Of a DNA stretch of 64,000 nt, positions 25,206 to 37,203 are shown one piece after another. Source of the DNA: Ylistrum balloti (lineage: Eukaryota); contig NW_026782401.1 of assembly GCF_031769215.1 (NCBI RefSeq), positions 1,364,001-1,428,000 of the forward strand. The letters run 5' to 3'. Position numbers and translations under genes: made by a program. Numbering within the stretch: position 1 is the first letter of the stretch; every line of letters begins with the position of its first letter. Below the pieces are notes generated by a model. That model was not told where the DNA came from. It worked only from the letters and a program-made list of their open reading frames with translations, and did no database searches.

Positions 25206-28200
25206 CCGGGTGTCGTTTTTGTCCATATATTGTAGCATTTTCAGGAGTTTTTATCTGCTCATGTGGTCCCATTTTTCGACGTGTTACCGTCTTTCATTAT
25301 CCTTTCTTTTTTCGTTACGGTTGCTTACCCGTGGGATTATAAACGAAAAATCTATTGTTTCACGTTTCTATGATTTTCAACTTAATCACTCGACCTATAT
25401 GTACTTTCAATAAACGAAAGCCCCGTGTGTCGTGCTACCGGTTTGTCATGTATAAAAGTTGATACCTGTAATATTTTTTTTGTTTTTTGTTTTTTTTTTT
25501 TTTTTGCTTCCTTGTGTTGTTGTGGATTCAGCAGTATGCTTATTCTTCATTGCTGCTTATTTTGTACATATCACTGTTATTTTTGTTTATTCTGCATTGA
25601 TACCAGTGTAGGTATCGTCGTTTTCCTTGTCTAACTTGCGTCAACAATGATCGAGTATATCATTGTAAACAAAGGTCGGAGGGTAAAAGCCACGAACACG
25701 TTCTGTACATAGAAACGACGCGAGTTGTCATGTCTATTTGAGACCTACTTAATAAACAAGTCAACTTGCTATGAAGACTGTTGGTCGAAATCCAGGATAA
25801 TTTGAGAATGTTGTCCAATGTATAGATAAAGACGTGTAATATAGCGATGTTATCAATATACACTCTAAAATTTCGCCGAAGAAAAACACACAGTTGAGAT
25901 GACTTTAAAATAAATGGAAGCAGATTGATTCTGATGTTTGTGTGATTGTATACCATTTTCAGCAATCTAATTTGCATCTTCGCTACAGACACAATGGCAA
26001 ATGATAAGATATATATATAAGGATTTAAGAGCTGTGATGTCAATCTGTTTGTTGGAGACACATAAACAGCTTACTTGCTCTTCCATACGTCGGAATAAAC
26101 AAAAAAAAGTAGCATGTTTTGTTTCTACAATGTATTCGGTTGGATAGACACGATTTTATTACATAATTTTCTTGTTTACAACTAATAAACAAACAAACTA
26201 CTTGTATATCGCTTACATATCGGCATAAAATGATGTCATAAATGTATTGGTTGTTTCCTTGCTGGGTTCATCATTTCGGAAACAGTCAGGGTCATATTGA
26301 GGCGATGTTTTCTTGTAGTATATGATGGCTACTTCAATGGACATCTTGCGGGGGCCCGCGCGCAAGCTATTCTAAGCGAATGAGATCAAATGTTTTGCCC
26401 AATAACACTACCACGACGACACACGACGTTCCGTTTTCCCGGCTTCCCGAGAAACACATGTTGTTCCTTGAAGGGATCGCACAGAACACCTGACCTTTTC
26501 TCCTTAAGCTGCAAAGTCCTACTGAATTACCGTGCCATCCCCCTTCCCCAAGCCAATGATATTGATGTATTGGTTTCAAATATCACATTAAGAATTAAGA
26601 TAAGAGATTAACAGATTTGTCATGGAAAAATGACACTATTCATTTCTAATATTGACTGGAAACCAATCTGAGGCTGTTTTTGTTTTTGTCATATGAAAAA
26701 AAGAAATTATCGCTATGTTTCTGGTCAATGCAATACCATATGTAGTGGTGTCTTCGTTCGTGTTCCACAGTAAAAGGACGCCGCCGTTCCAGTAATCAGG
26801 TGAATGAAGCTTATAATTAAATTATTAACCATAATGTCTTTACTTAGAATAGATTTACCCGTAAGTTCAAGTCCCTTTCACTCTGTTTGTGGGGTTTTAT
26901 TTAAATCTTTATTATATATCACTGTGTTATTGACACTAAATGTTTTAATCGTGTCGTATCGCATGGAATTCAATTCATCACTGAGGAAATTACATGATAC
27001 CACAGCAGACATATTTTGTCCAGATCGGTTTAATTAATTCAAAGTGGACTTTGTCCAGATATTATAGTTTCACTTTTGTTAAGGTAATCCTTTTTTCACT
27101 GATTTTTGTTTTCAAAAATGCTAAGGTGGATGCAAAAATCAATTTAGGAATTAACAAGTTATAATAAAAACAGTGCAAATTTATCTGCACATTCGACTTT
27201 TCAATTGTAGATAATTTTAAATCGTCTTTTTTAACCAATGTGCTTGACGGGGTATTGAACTTCTACATTATGAAATTTGCAAGCAAATTAAAGAAAAAAA
27301 TAGATCAAAAATAAATGGTCGGGACATTTTTTTCAGAAATTCCAAATACGAAGGAAATGTTCGGATGGATAATGTTCTTAAAGCGGGAAGATAAACCAAT
27401 ACACAGAGTTTCAAAATGGGTGATAAATGAACACTTTTCCTTCGACGCTGTAACTGTCAGACAGTGGAATTCATGATAAATTTCCTACAACTTTGATTTA
27501 TCCCCAAATCTATAAATAACTTTAAATAATTTGAATTATAAATGAATGCATTTTTGTGATCTTGCAATTAATTATAGGTCTAGGAAAAAATTCTTCCTGC
27601 AGTCTTTTGAAGGATTTTTCCTTTATGCTATTCAAATCATGTAGAATCTTTTAAAATCCTCCGATCGTGGACCAAACAGAGAAAAATTGGCAAACATTTT
27701 ACAAAATAGCGAATCATTAATAATAACGAGAGATGGTAAAAAGATCATCTAATTTAGCCCAATCGAAACCTAATTGGTCATACCGCGCACCCATACTTGG
27801 CTGAAAGGAGAGAAAGTATGAAAAATGACCAACATTAATTATATCCCTACTTCTGACAACCTTTCGCCGCTCGGGTCGGGTCACTCACAGGTTCTCCGTC
27901 CAGTTTGACCTTTGGCCGTGCTGTAATTTACATCTTTGGATCTGTGTGTATTTCTTTTACTCCCCTGTATATTTTTCATGGATTCTCCTTCCAATGCTGT
28001 TTTATTGTAGCTCATCAGCATGAATCCCATTACACTAAATCGTTCTATACAAAAAGGCTATATAATTTGACATCGTATAAAAAGCGAACTTACATGATGT
28101 ACTATCCTTCCTAGTTATATAGACATACCAACATATTTTAAATAGTTTTTTGCCTCAAAGACACAATAACGCACGCACAGCGTCACATTCACATATCAAA

Positions 28201-30019
28201 TGAATGATATCCGAATGATATGTGATAGACTTTTGCCATCGTGCAAATGTATTATGTCTTCAGGTTATATGTTATGGACCAAATTACTAACTTTTGAAAA
28301 ATGAATACGTCATTTATAAATATTGAAATGTAAATAAGCAAATATTAATTTTAATATCTATATATTATATATTAAATGTACGAGATTAACAATGCATCTT
28401 AAAAACTTTGTAACTTTTCGTTATTGCGTGTATTCTCATCTTCAATAACACGTTCAGAATTATTACAGATATTGCTTTACATCTTTTAAAACCGCGTTGT
28501 TTTACCGGCTACATTAAAATATATTACCGCAAAATGGTCATATGACATTGATTGTTTTTTGTGGCCGTGCACAGGTGAAAAACACAAAGAATATTTAGAG
28601 TAAGTGAACTTTCATAACGAAAAGAAAAAAGGGAGGTTTTCGATAAGCGTCCTCTGCGATATAGACAAAGTCTGAGCTTAGTAACCACTTTCAGTATCAA
28701 TTTTACACAGAACCTCAGACAAGCTTTTCCACCTCATTTTCTCTTAGTTCCGTTGATATTTTTTATCAATATTTGTACTCTCAATATATCCAAATATTTC
28801 AAATCAAATCTTTATACGTCAGTAACTGAAAGTCAATGACTTTTTATAAAAGGTTTGTACTGAATCTACCACGTGTCATCTCACTAGGAGTTAAAATTGT
28901 ACAATGTAATGATGTTAAATCCAGTACGCCATATTTGGAATACTCTTAAAAAAGGGGGGCTAATAGGGTCATTCCTATCCATCATTTAATCCGCCAAAGG
29001 TTAACGAGGGCGAAAGTGTATAGCACGGCAATAGGTACACTGGCTGGAAATAAAATACTGTACCCATTGATCTGCTGGAACCGTGAACAAAGGTCTTCTA
29101 CTTTTATAGTTCTCGTTTGATGTGAAACACACTTTCTCAAAGATTCTTAGAGTCACGAGTCTTCGCCTTATGTGATATGGCTATTCTTGGTAACTTGTAG
29201 TTTCATGTAATTGTAAAAACATATTTTAAAACTTTAGATATAAGATGATAGATGTTTGGCAATATATATAAATATCTTCTCCTTTAGAGCTGCATTCTCA
29301 ATTAATATCGCAAATACTCATCTGCACATTATCATATACATGCATCAACAGAGATGAACTATCAAAATGAGGAAAGAAAGGATTGGAAAAACAAAAATTA
29401 AAATGCTGGGAAATGCTGTTTGTGTATGAAAATATTATTTGTCTTTGTCATTATATGTATAATTCGTCTCTGTCGAGATATCTTTTCTTATTAAAATTAC
29501 GTGTGTAAAAGACAATTTGTGCTGCTTAAAAAAAATTTACTGTCCCGAATCTGTCCAGTCTTAAGATATTAAGATCTTTCATTGTAATATGGTTTAAATT
29601 AATAGTGTGCTATTGTCTTTGCCTAGAATGCAATATGCATGTATCAACAATGTCAACATTGTAACTTTAACTTAAACCTCCAAATAAATCTACTGGTGTG
29701 TTTCCAAAGCGAGAATTAAAAACGTTTCTTTCAAAATGATTGGATCGTATCAATTAATCACAAACATCACTATGTTTATTTTTCACATTTAATTCATTTT
29801 CTCGATCCCATTAATTAAACATTGGAACACAAATCTCAGTTTCATTTTTCCTCTTTGAACTCACGAATCCGCTTAAATCAACATAATTTTTCAACGCCGT
29901 TAACTATCAAATTTCTATTTCATACTGGACATTCTGGTTTCATTTTAAACTTGCACGCTTCTAGTCAAATCTTTACCAGTAACCTTTGAAGCTGGACGTG
30001 ATAAACGAAGGTGACCAGA

Positions 30020-30400
30020 TATGGCCACGGGGCACACGATGTCCAAACAATGCCGTAACATCTTGTACGGTTATTTTGCGATAAGGTAATATCTTAACCT
30101 TGCGGGCGTTTTGTAATTGTTCCTTGACCATTGTTGTTGAGATTTTGCCCGATTTTGTTGACCTTTACAGCCTTTTGTTATTTTATTTACCAGTTTTTCT
30201 GAGGAGAGGCAGCAAGATAATCACCTTATCTAAACTAATATTGTTAAAATCTGTCTACACGATCCAGTATTAGCGCTAAAGAGACATCAATCGTTCCCGT
30301 CGTAAACGTGTTTCGTGTGCTTCGTCAATTGTTTTGCGGAGGCTGGCCCATTGTACAGGTGTAAAATCTACCGATAATGTGTGTTAATAGGATGACTTCG
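30020..30400. repeat. diverged direct repeat, copy 1 (paralogous to 32380-32760)
   Basis: Near-gapless similarity with shared blocks GATAATCACCTTATC, CGTCGTAAACGTGTT, ACAGGTGTA and GTGTTAATAGGAT. Confidence 0.85.
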
Positions 30401-32379
30401 GATAGATATATCATATATGATATATCAAAACCAATAACATTGTCTATACATTTTTATGATAGCCTAATGTGTATCTAAAGCAGACACGTACTACCATATC
30501 ATCATACCGATATCTTTATAATACTATTGTTTATTGTGAATATATAATTACAATAAAAAAGAGTATAATTAACAACAAATGTTGTAATACACAGGTATTT
30601 TCAAAATGAAAATGTAATAATTTTAGTCCAATATCAATTGAAAGTATCACAATTGCTTTTAGGGCACGATATGAAATTTCAACACTGATAAAACATTATT
30701 TCAATAATTCATGCAGTCTTGGTACAAGTTTATTTTTGTCTGCTTAAAAAAACGCTTTGTGAATTCTGAAATATCTTTCATAGTTCTGATTATTTTAAGG
30801 AAGGGAGATATTTTGATATTACTGATATTATTTCTATCATTGTAGTTTGTGTAAGACATTTAAATCACACATAAGTGTTGACATCCTTGTGATGAAAACA
30901 GAACTAAACATGCGATAACTCCGTAAAATGACCACTGTATCAACTATTACACCAACACGTTTTAGAAAAATGTTTCGTAGAAAGCCTTGAAAAATGAACA
31001 CGTCAATGATTAAAATGCGTGGAAACGATACATACGAGAAAATGAAAGCAATGCCGTAATTATACACTTACTAGTATATCAGATGGTTTTAATCAACAGC
31101 TTCTGCTAAACAAAGTTCGTTGTAAGATGGTATGAAAATAAAAGACTGCCGTTTTCGTCTTAAAAATACATACATGACTTTGTATTTGATACACCTAAGA
31201 CTGAATTTGACTTAAAAAGAAAATCAAGCTTGATGATGATGTTTTACATGTTCACTTATAGCAGAAAACAAATACATGATTTTTTTATCTTATGCACGAA
31301 TAAATAATCTTACTTAAACGCATCCAGCTCCCAAATATCATAGTTCGTTACCGTTTTACGGAATACATCGACATTTTTAAACTGATTCAGTGAAATGGAT
31401 TCGTGCCAAAATGTCAGTCATCTCTAGCTACTTGTGGTTGTACAAATACACACTGTCAGAAAGTAATTTTTATTTCATTTCGTGGCGTTCAGTTACTGTT
31501 ATTTAGAAACAACGGCTCCTAGGTTCCATAGATTAATTAGAGGACCCAGTTTGATTAAATAAAATAAAATTTCACCATTTTAATGACACAGGTTAATTCA
31601 TTCTTGTTTTTCTTACGGATATAGAAGCATACCTATTGAAACATGCACATAAACGACACTTGCATGAGGTATATAACTACTTCACAACAGTATATCATTG
31701 GAATATAAACAACAGGAGTATAGTAGATTTTATATCGATTTTGAAAAGAGAAATCCTCAGACGGTATGATAGACACACGACTACCTTAGTAGGTATTTTC
31801 TGCATATCATTCCATTCCTATCAAAGTAATGATTTTTAAGCAGAAAACGTTGCTCAAAACAGACTTTTATGATTTGGTAAGCGTGATGTTATCTGAACCA
31901 TTTGACTCATTCTAAAAACGAGATACGTTTACAAATGTTACCAAAAATTCTTTCTTCAGTTGTATATAAATATATATTTAGTTTTTCGATGGTTCAAATT
32001 TTTGTGTTTTACCAATAGCTGAAATAAAAAAAGAAAACATTTTTTTTTTCACGGAAGTCATATTATTTTTCTCTAAGTTATATTTTCAAGATAATTGCTT
32101 TTAACGATAAAATTCCATACTCGAAAATAGCGGAAAATAGACCCCTTTCCACTAAAAACAAAAAAACAAAAGGGTTAACTATTGTATATGTCGATTAGAC
32201 CTATTGGAGATACGTGTAATAACAATATATTTATTATATTTCTTATAAATCATAATACATCTATATTTCCTCATCACTATCCCCCCAGAACAAACATAAC
32301 TGAATTAATACTTAAGTAGAAAAACAGGTTGATTAGGGACGAGTGAATTAGAGCGCTATTGAACACGAGAGGAATACGA

Positions 32380-32760
32380 AAGCCCATCGAGGAAGTGTTA
32401 GCAAAACAAAGACCTCACTCCATGTACCTTGATATCCCGATAAGATTCTATCGGGAGTCCGGGGGCGGAATCCTTATTGTTAGCTGACGAATGTTGATCA
32501 AAGATTTTCCGTTTTTGTTGACTTTAACAGTCTATTGTTGAACTACTTACCTTTTTACAATGCTAAAGGTGATATGATAATCACCTTATCGGAACTGTAT
32601 TATTAGAATCAGTCTTGATGGACTTGTCTCAATATGGCTAACATCAATCGCGTCCGTCGTAAACGTGTTCTGAATGTTTTGGCAATTGTTCTCGGAAAGC
32701 ATGCCCATCGAACAGGTGTAGAGCCTAACGATAATGGGTGTTAATAGGATCGTTTTTTGT
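32380..32760. repeat. diverged direct repeat, copy 2 (paralogous to 30020-30400)
   Basis: Same shared blocks at an offset of about 2360 bp. Confidence 0.85.
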
Positions 32761-35700
32761 ATAATTCGATCAAGATTTATTGGTATTTCTGTAAATAAGT
32801 GTCGCGTGTCTTAACAGCATGATTCCAACGCCTTATATACGAAATCAAATACGTATGATGGTATCTGTATAAAAATACACTCACATAATTAAAAAGGTAA
32901 ACTATACAGAATCTAATTTATTTTGCGACTATATAAATACAATACAAACAGAATAATGCCTTTATCAGATTGTTTGTAAATTAACATGTTATTTCTATTA
33001 TTTTTGTTTCTCGTGATTTCAAAATATTTCAAAACGTTCTTATTTTATTTTAATCATGTTTATCATTTCAACCACTATTGTAGATTATATATTGATAGGA
33101 TAGAATTAAAAAATAGTTACTTTTTCTCCTTTCTTGACAATGTCTGAATAGAATGTTAGTATCTTGCGTAATCGATTAAAGAAAAAGTATACTAGTCATA
33201 TTTATGAAACATTTTCACATTCTAATATCGTCAATTCTACAGAATTGTGATTTATCGTAGAATATCCATTCACTTCATTTTTGTCAGAGCCTGTATTATA
33301 AAAAACTATGAAATGTTTTAAAACGATGTTTGTAATTAATGTGTTATTTTCCCTGGGTGTTACGATCCAGCCTATGATGAGGACAAACCACTATCCATCA
33401 TCCATTCCTATGAGCGTTTGCCAGTTCAGTCGTTTTAACCAATTATGTTTCAAGTACTAGCTGATAAGATTACAGTTCAAAGATAAGGCCAATGTAACCA
33501 ATAAATCAACGGAAAGGTGTCCAGGGTTCAGGCAACCAAGACATTTTTGAAATCACGATAAGGTTTTCGATGCCGCAAAATATTCCTTAAAGATTATTTG
33601 AGTTAGAGAAAGATGAAAATGTTAGTAGCATAGAGCACTGACCTTGTATCTTCTGGGCTGTATTTGGAGGGTTTCATCCATTGAATACCGCGAGAACTGA
33701 CAGGAAAATTGGTGTATTTTAAAGCCAGGATCCTCTTGAGAGAAATTGCTCACTTCATCGCTGATATTTCATTTCCTTATCTCCTTTCTGTTGGAGCTAT
33801 CAAAAGTTTAGAAATCAAACTAGGAATCTTCAAGATTTTCTTTCCATTTGTCAGGATTTTAAGACTCTATGTTTGAATATTCATTCAATGTAGTTGAACG
33901 ATTTTACCAATAGCTAATCAAGTCAAAATAATGAAATCAACACCAAGAGGGAATTCTTTAACATTTTGTTTATTTTTGAGCTCACTGCAAACAATTTGAC
34001 TAATTGATATTCTCAGAATCGATGAAGACAGCGTGTGGTCGTCAAGGGGGGCCCCAATGGACTGCATGCTGCACCTCACCTGACAGCCAAGTGCTGTCAT
34101 TAGTTTTATGGCCTCCCACAGGAGACAAAGATCGTAAAACTTGGCATATCAATAAAAGGTGTAGAGCCGTCAGTGTGAAGACTGATATCTCCTTTTGTAT
34201 CGGATCCATGTACGTGTATAAATTACTTATAAACGTGTAAATATTGAAAGGGTTGTGATGATAGGTCGGTAATTGTTTTAGATGACTGTGATCAATCACT
34301 TTCTCAATTGGGTGACAAATTACTCTCCATCACGCATGAGATCGTTTACCTGTATAATGTAACATTTATTTTAACTATTAGGACAATTTTATCCATTTAT
34401 AAGTCATTTATTAACTGTATTTAGTAGCAAATAATTTTATTTTTCATTCCATAAACATTCGGTTTTTTGCAAGCTTGTATTAATTGAAAACGAACATCAT
34501 TTGTACAGAACTTTCATAGCATGTCATTTTGGGAAAGATATAACGTGGTTTAAATGAAGTGTGATGATTAAATGTAATACGAAAATATATATTAACGTTG
34601 GAAATTTTCTATCAGAATCAATATCTGTAAGTTCATTGAAGATTTTATGTACTGTGAAATAAGTGAAATGTAAAAAATATGGACATATATGTATTATTGA
34701 TACAAATATAGAACACATTTATATAAGTGTTTTATTTCTAGAGATACGATAAAATATTAATATATATGTTTTATTGCCACAAATATGAATATATATATAT
34801 ATATATATAACATTTTTATTGCTTCAAATATGAAAACTATATGAACGTGTTAGTTTTGTCTACGAGTATGATAAATATTAATGTAAGCGTTTTAACGCTA
34901 CAAATGTGATACTTTGCCAGGAATAATGGAAAGTTACTGTGTGTATTTTGTTTGTAGATGGATATATACATTCGAATACTGCATGTAATGTAAAATATTT
35001 CTGCTCTCAAATGACATTGATTAGAAGACCAGTTACTTTACAGATAACAGTAATAGTTTTTGGATTAGATAATTCGTTAGAATTCTTTTTAAAGAGATTC
35101 GGAAATTAAATGAAACATAATTTATTAATGTTGCATGCATTGTATTTTTTAAAATAATGACTGTTTTTTTAGATTTCGACTATTTGCAATATTCATTTCA
35201 TTACTTGTTTAAGATTTTAAAATTATGTTCAATATTTGTCCAACAAATTTTGCAGTTCTTTTGTTACCATATCCAATATTTCTATGTAATTTTCTAAAAC
35301 ATTTTGAATCATGATTTATTATTTATGTCAGAGAAAGTAACCTACATTATACTATATGAAGATTCCATATAAGCATTATTGATTTGTATCAATGCTTTCT
35401 GCAAGCGTACGTTTATGTTATTCTGTAAATAATATTAATTTGGTTTTGTATCAGAATTATTGTACCCATACTGCTTATGACTTTTATTTTATTCGGGTGG
35501 TATCTGTCTACTAGCATATAAGACTCCTTGGAATCGTAATGAAAAATATGTTTCCCGTTAACAGCAACAAAATTATCACAATTAAAAGTATCAATTGATA
35601 TGGAGAAGGTGAAAAATGTCTTATTTTCATAATGAATGTATGGATGTTTTCATCGAAATACCTAATATATTGAAATATATTTTTCGTTCCGAACACTCAA

Positions 35701-36464
35701 TTCGATTAGTGCAAAGGTATTCTATGCATCTTTCAGTAGAGTAGATTTTAGGGAAGTAGATTACCAAAGAAACATCAGTGATGCTTTGCAATTTATCATG
35801 AACAACTAGTTTCACACACATCTGCAAAAATCGTATATGTAATAAATAGTATGGATAGTCTTCGGTGATTTATGTACGAGTCACTAATCTACTAGAGGTC
35901 TTTCAGAATTGATGGAGTTCTAACATAAATAACTTGTGACACAATAAAGTCATTGAAAAAAACTCACTACAACAAGCACATTTACCATCTTCAGTTAATT
36001 ATTGCATCAGTTAATGTTTGAAATAAATAACTATGTAGTCTTTAATACAGAAAACTTACAACAGAATATTTTTTAATATTATAGGATTTCTATAGCGTGC
36101 AGTTCTGCTGCTTACAATTAGTCGTAACTAATGCAATTAAATAATGACAAAACAATATAAAATCTAATTGTTTTATTTCACATTTAAAACGGGTAAGGTT
36201 AAAAAGAAAAAGACAATATGTAGAAAGACATTTTCAAACGATACACATATTACCTGTTCAGTAAGGCCTGCTAGCTTCACACATAAACAAAACACCGGTT
36301 TATCATCCCCTGAAGATATAGAAGTGTGTCTTTGCTATGATAAAATTAATAAAAATCGTTTCATGTTACCGACATTTAGCTACAACTTTCTAATCACAAG
36401 AAAGCTTCCATACGCAGCCGTCAACGTACACAATGTTAACAAATAAAAGTCGTTACACGCGAGA

Positions 36465-36731
36465 CGGACCAATCATAATGGGTTTAAGTGTAAAGTATAT
36501 GAGATAATAGATAAAACACTCTCTGTATCGCTCATTGCTCCAGGCGGCTTAGGACCCGTGCCCACGGCCGCTCGTCTGGTGTGATCCATGACAGCTCAGA
36601 TATAAACGGCTTTCTGATTGGTCGCCTATTATCACGTGCCATGTTGATATAGAAAATGGGGTGGTCTGGCTTGCCTAGAGTATGTGAAGTAAACGAGCAG
36701 AAATTATTTACAACCAAATCACCGAAAATTA
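36465..36731 (+). promoter_or_regulatory. Hox4 proximal promoter / 5' leader region
   Basis: CCAAT at 36469-36473, TATAAA at 36601-36606, reverse CCAAT (ATTGG) at 36617-36621, E-box CACGTG at 36633-36638, and YY1-like CCATGTT at 36639-36645, all just upstream of the ATG. The transcription start is not determinable from sequence. Confidence 0.55.
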
Positions 36732-37203
36732 ATGATCATGAGTTCGTTTTTGATGAACCCGGGACCGTACACTGAGCCTAAGTTTCCACCGACGGACGAG
36801 TATTCACAGTCAAACTATATTCCTCCTCATAGCTCGGAATATTATCGTCAAACTTATCAACCACAGATACCTAACTATGGTTATGATCCCATACAGGACA
36901 ACAGGCGATACAGCGATGACAAATATACTCCGAACCTCTATAATGGGTGTGGAGGAAGTGATTCTGTATCCCCCACCCATCCCTCGTCCCCCGCGCCAGC
37001 GCATTCAGGAGGGGGACCTGGAGGTGGTATACTGAGTGGATTCAGTCAGCCAGCAGCACCCTCCCCAAGTCCCCCTGCTGTACCGTCACCTGATGAACAA
37101 CCTTCAAAAATGTCACAAAGTAGTTCTTGTGTAGAACAAGACTCTGATGGACAACCAGTTATTTATCCATGGATGAGAAAAAGTCAAGGAAATAATCCCG
37201 CAG
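36732..37203 (+). CDS. Hox4: Hox4/Deformed homeobox protein, coding exon 1
   Basis: MIMSSFLMN...EPKFPPTDEYSQ is the Hox4 N-terminal signature. Hexapeptide VIYPWM is present. The exon ends at a phase-1 donor GCAG|GTAAGT (intron starts at 37204). Confidence 0.97.

Noticed and set aside
24720-25634. Cys/Val/Leu/Phe-rich ORFs on the + strand
   Set aside because: A by-product of T/G-rich low-complexity sequence; no recognisable domain.
27878-27894. DR5 retinoic acid response element (GGGTCA-CTCAC-AGGTTC)
   Set aside because: The second half-site deviates at two positions from RGKTCA.
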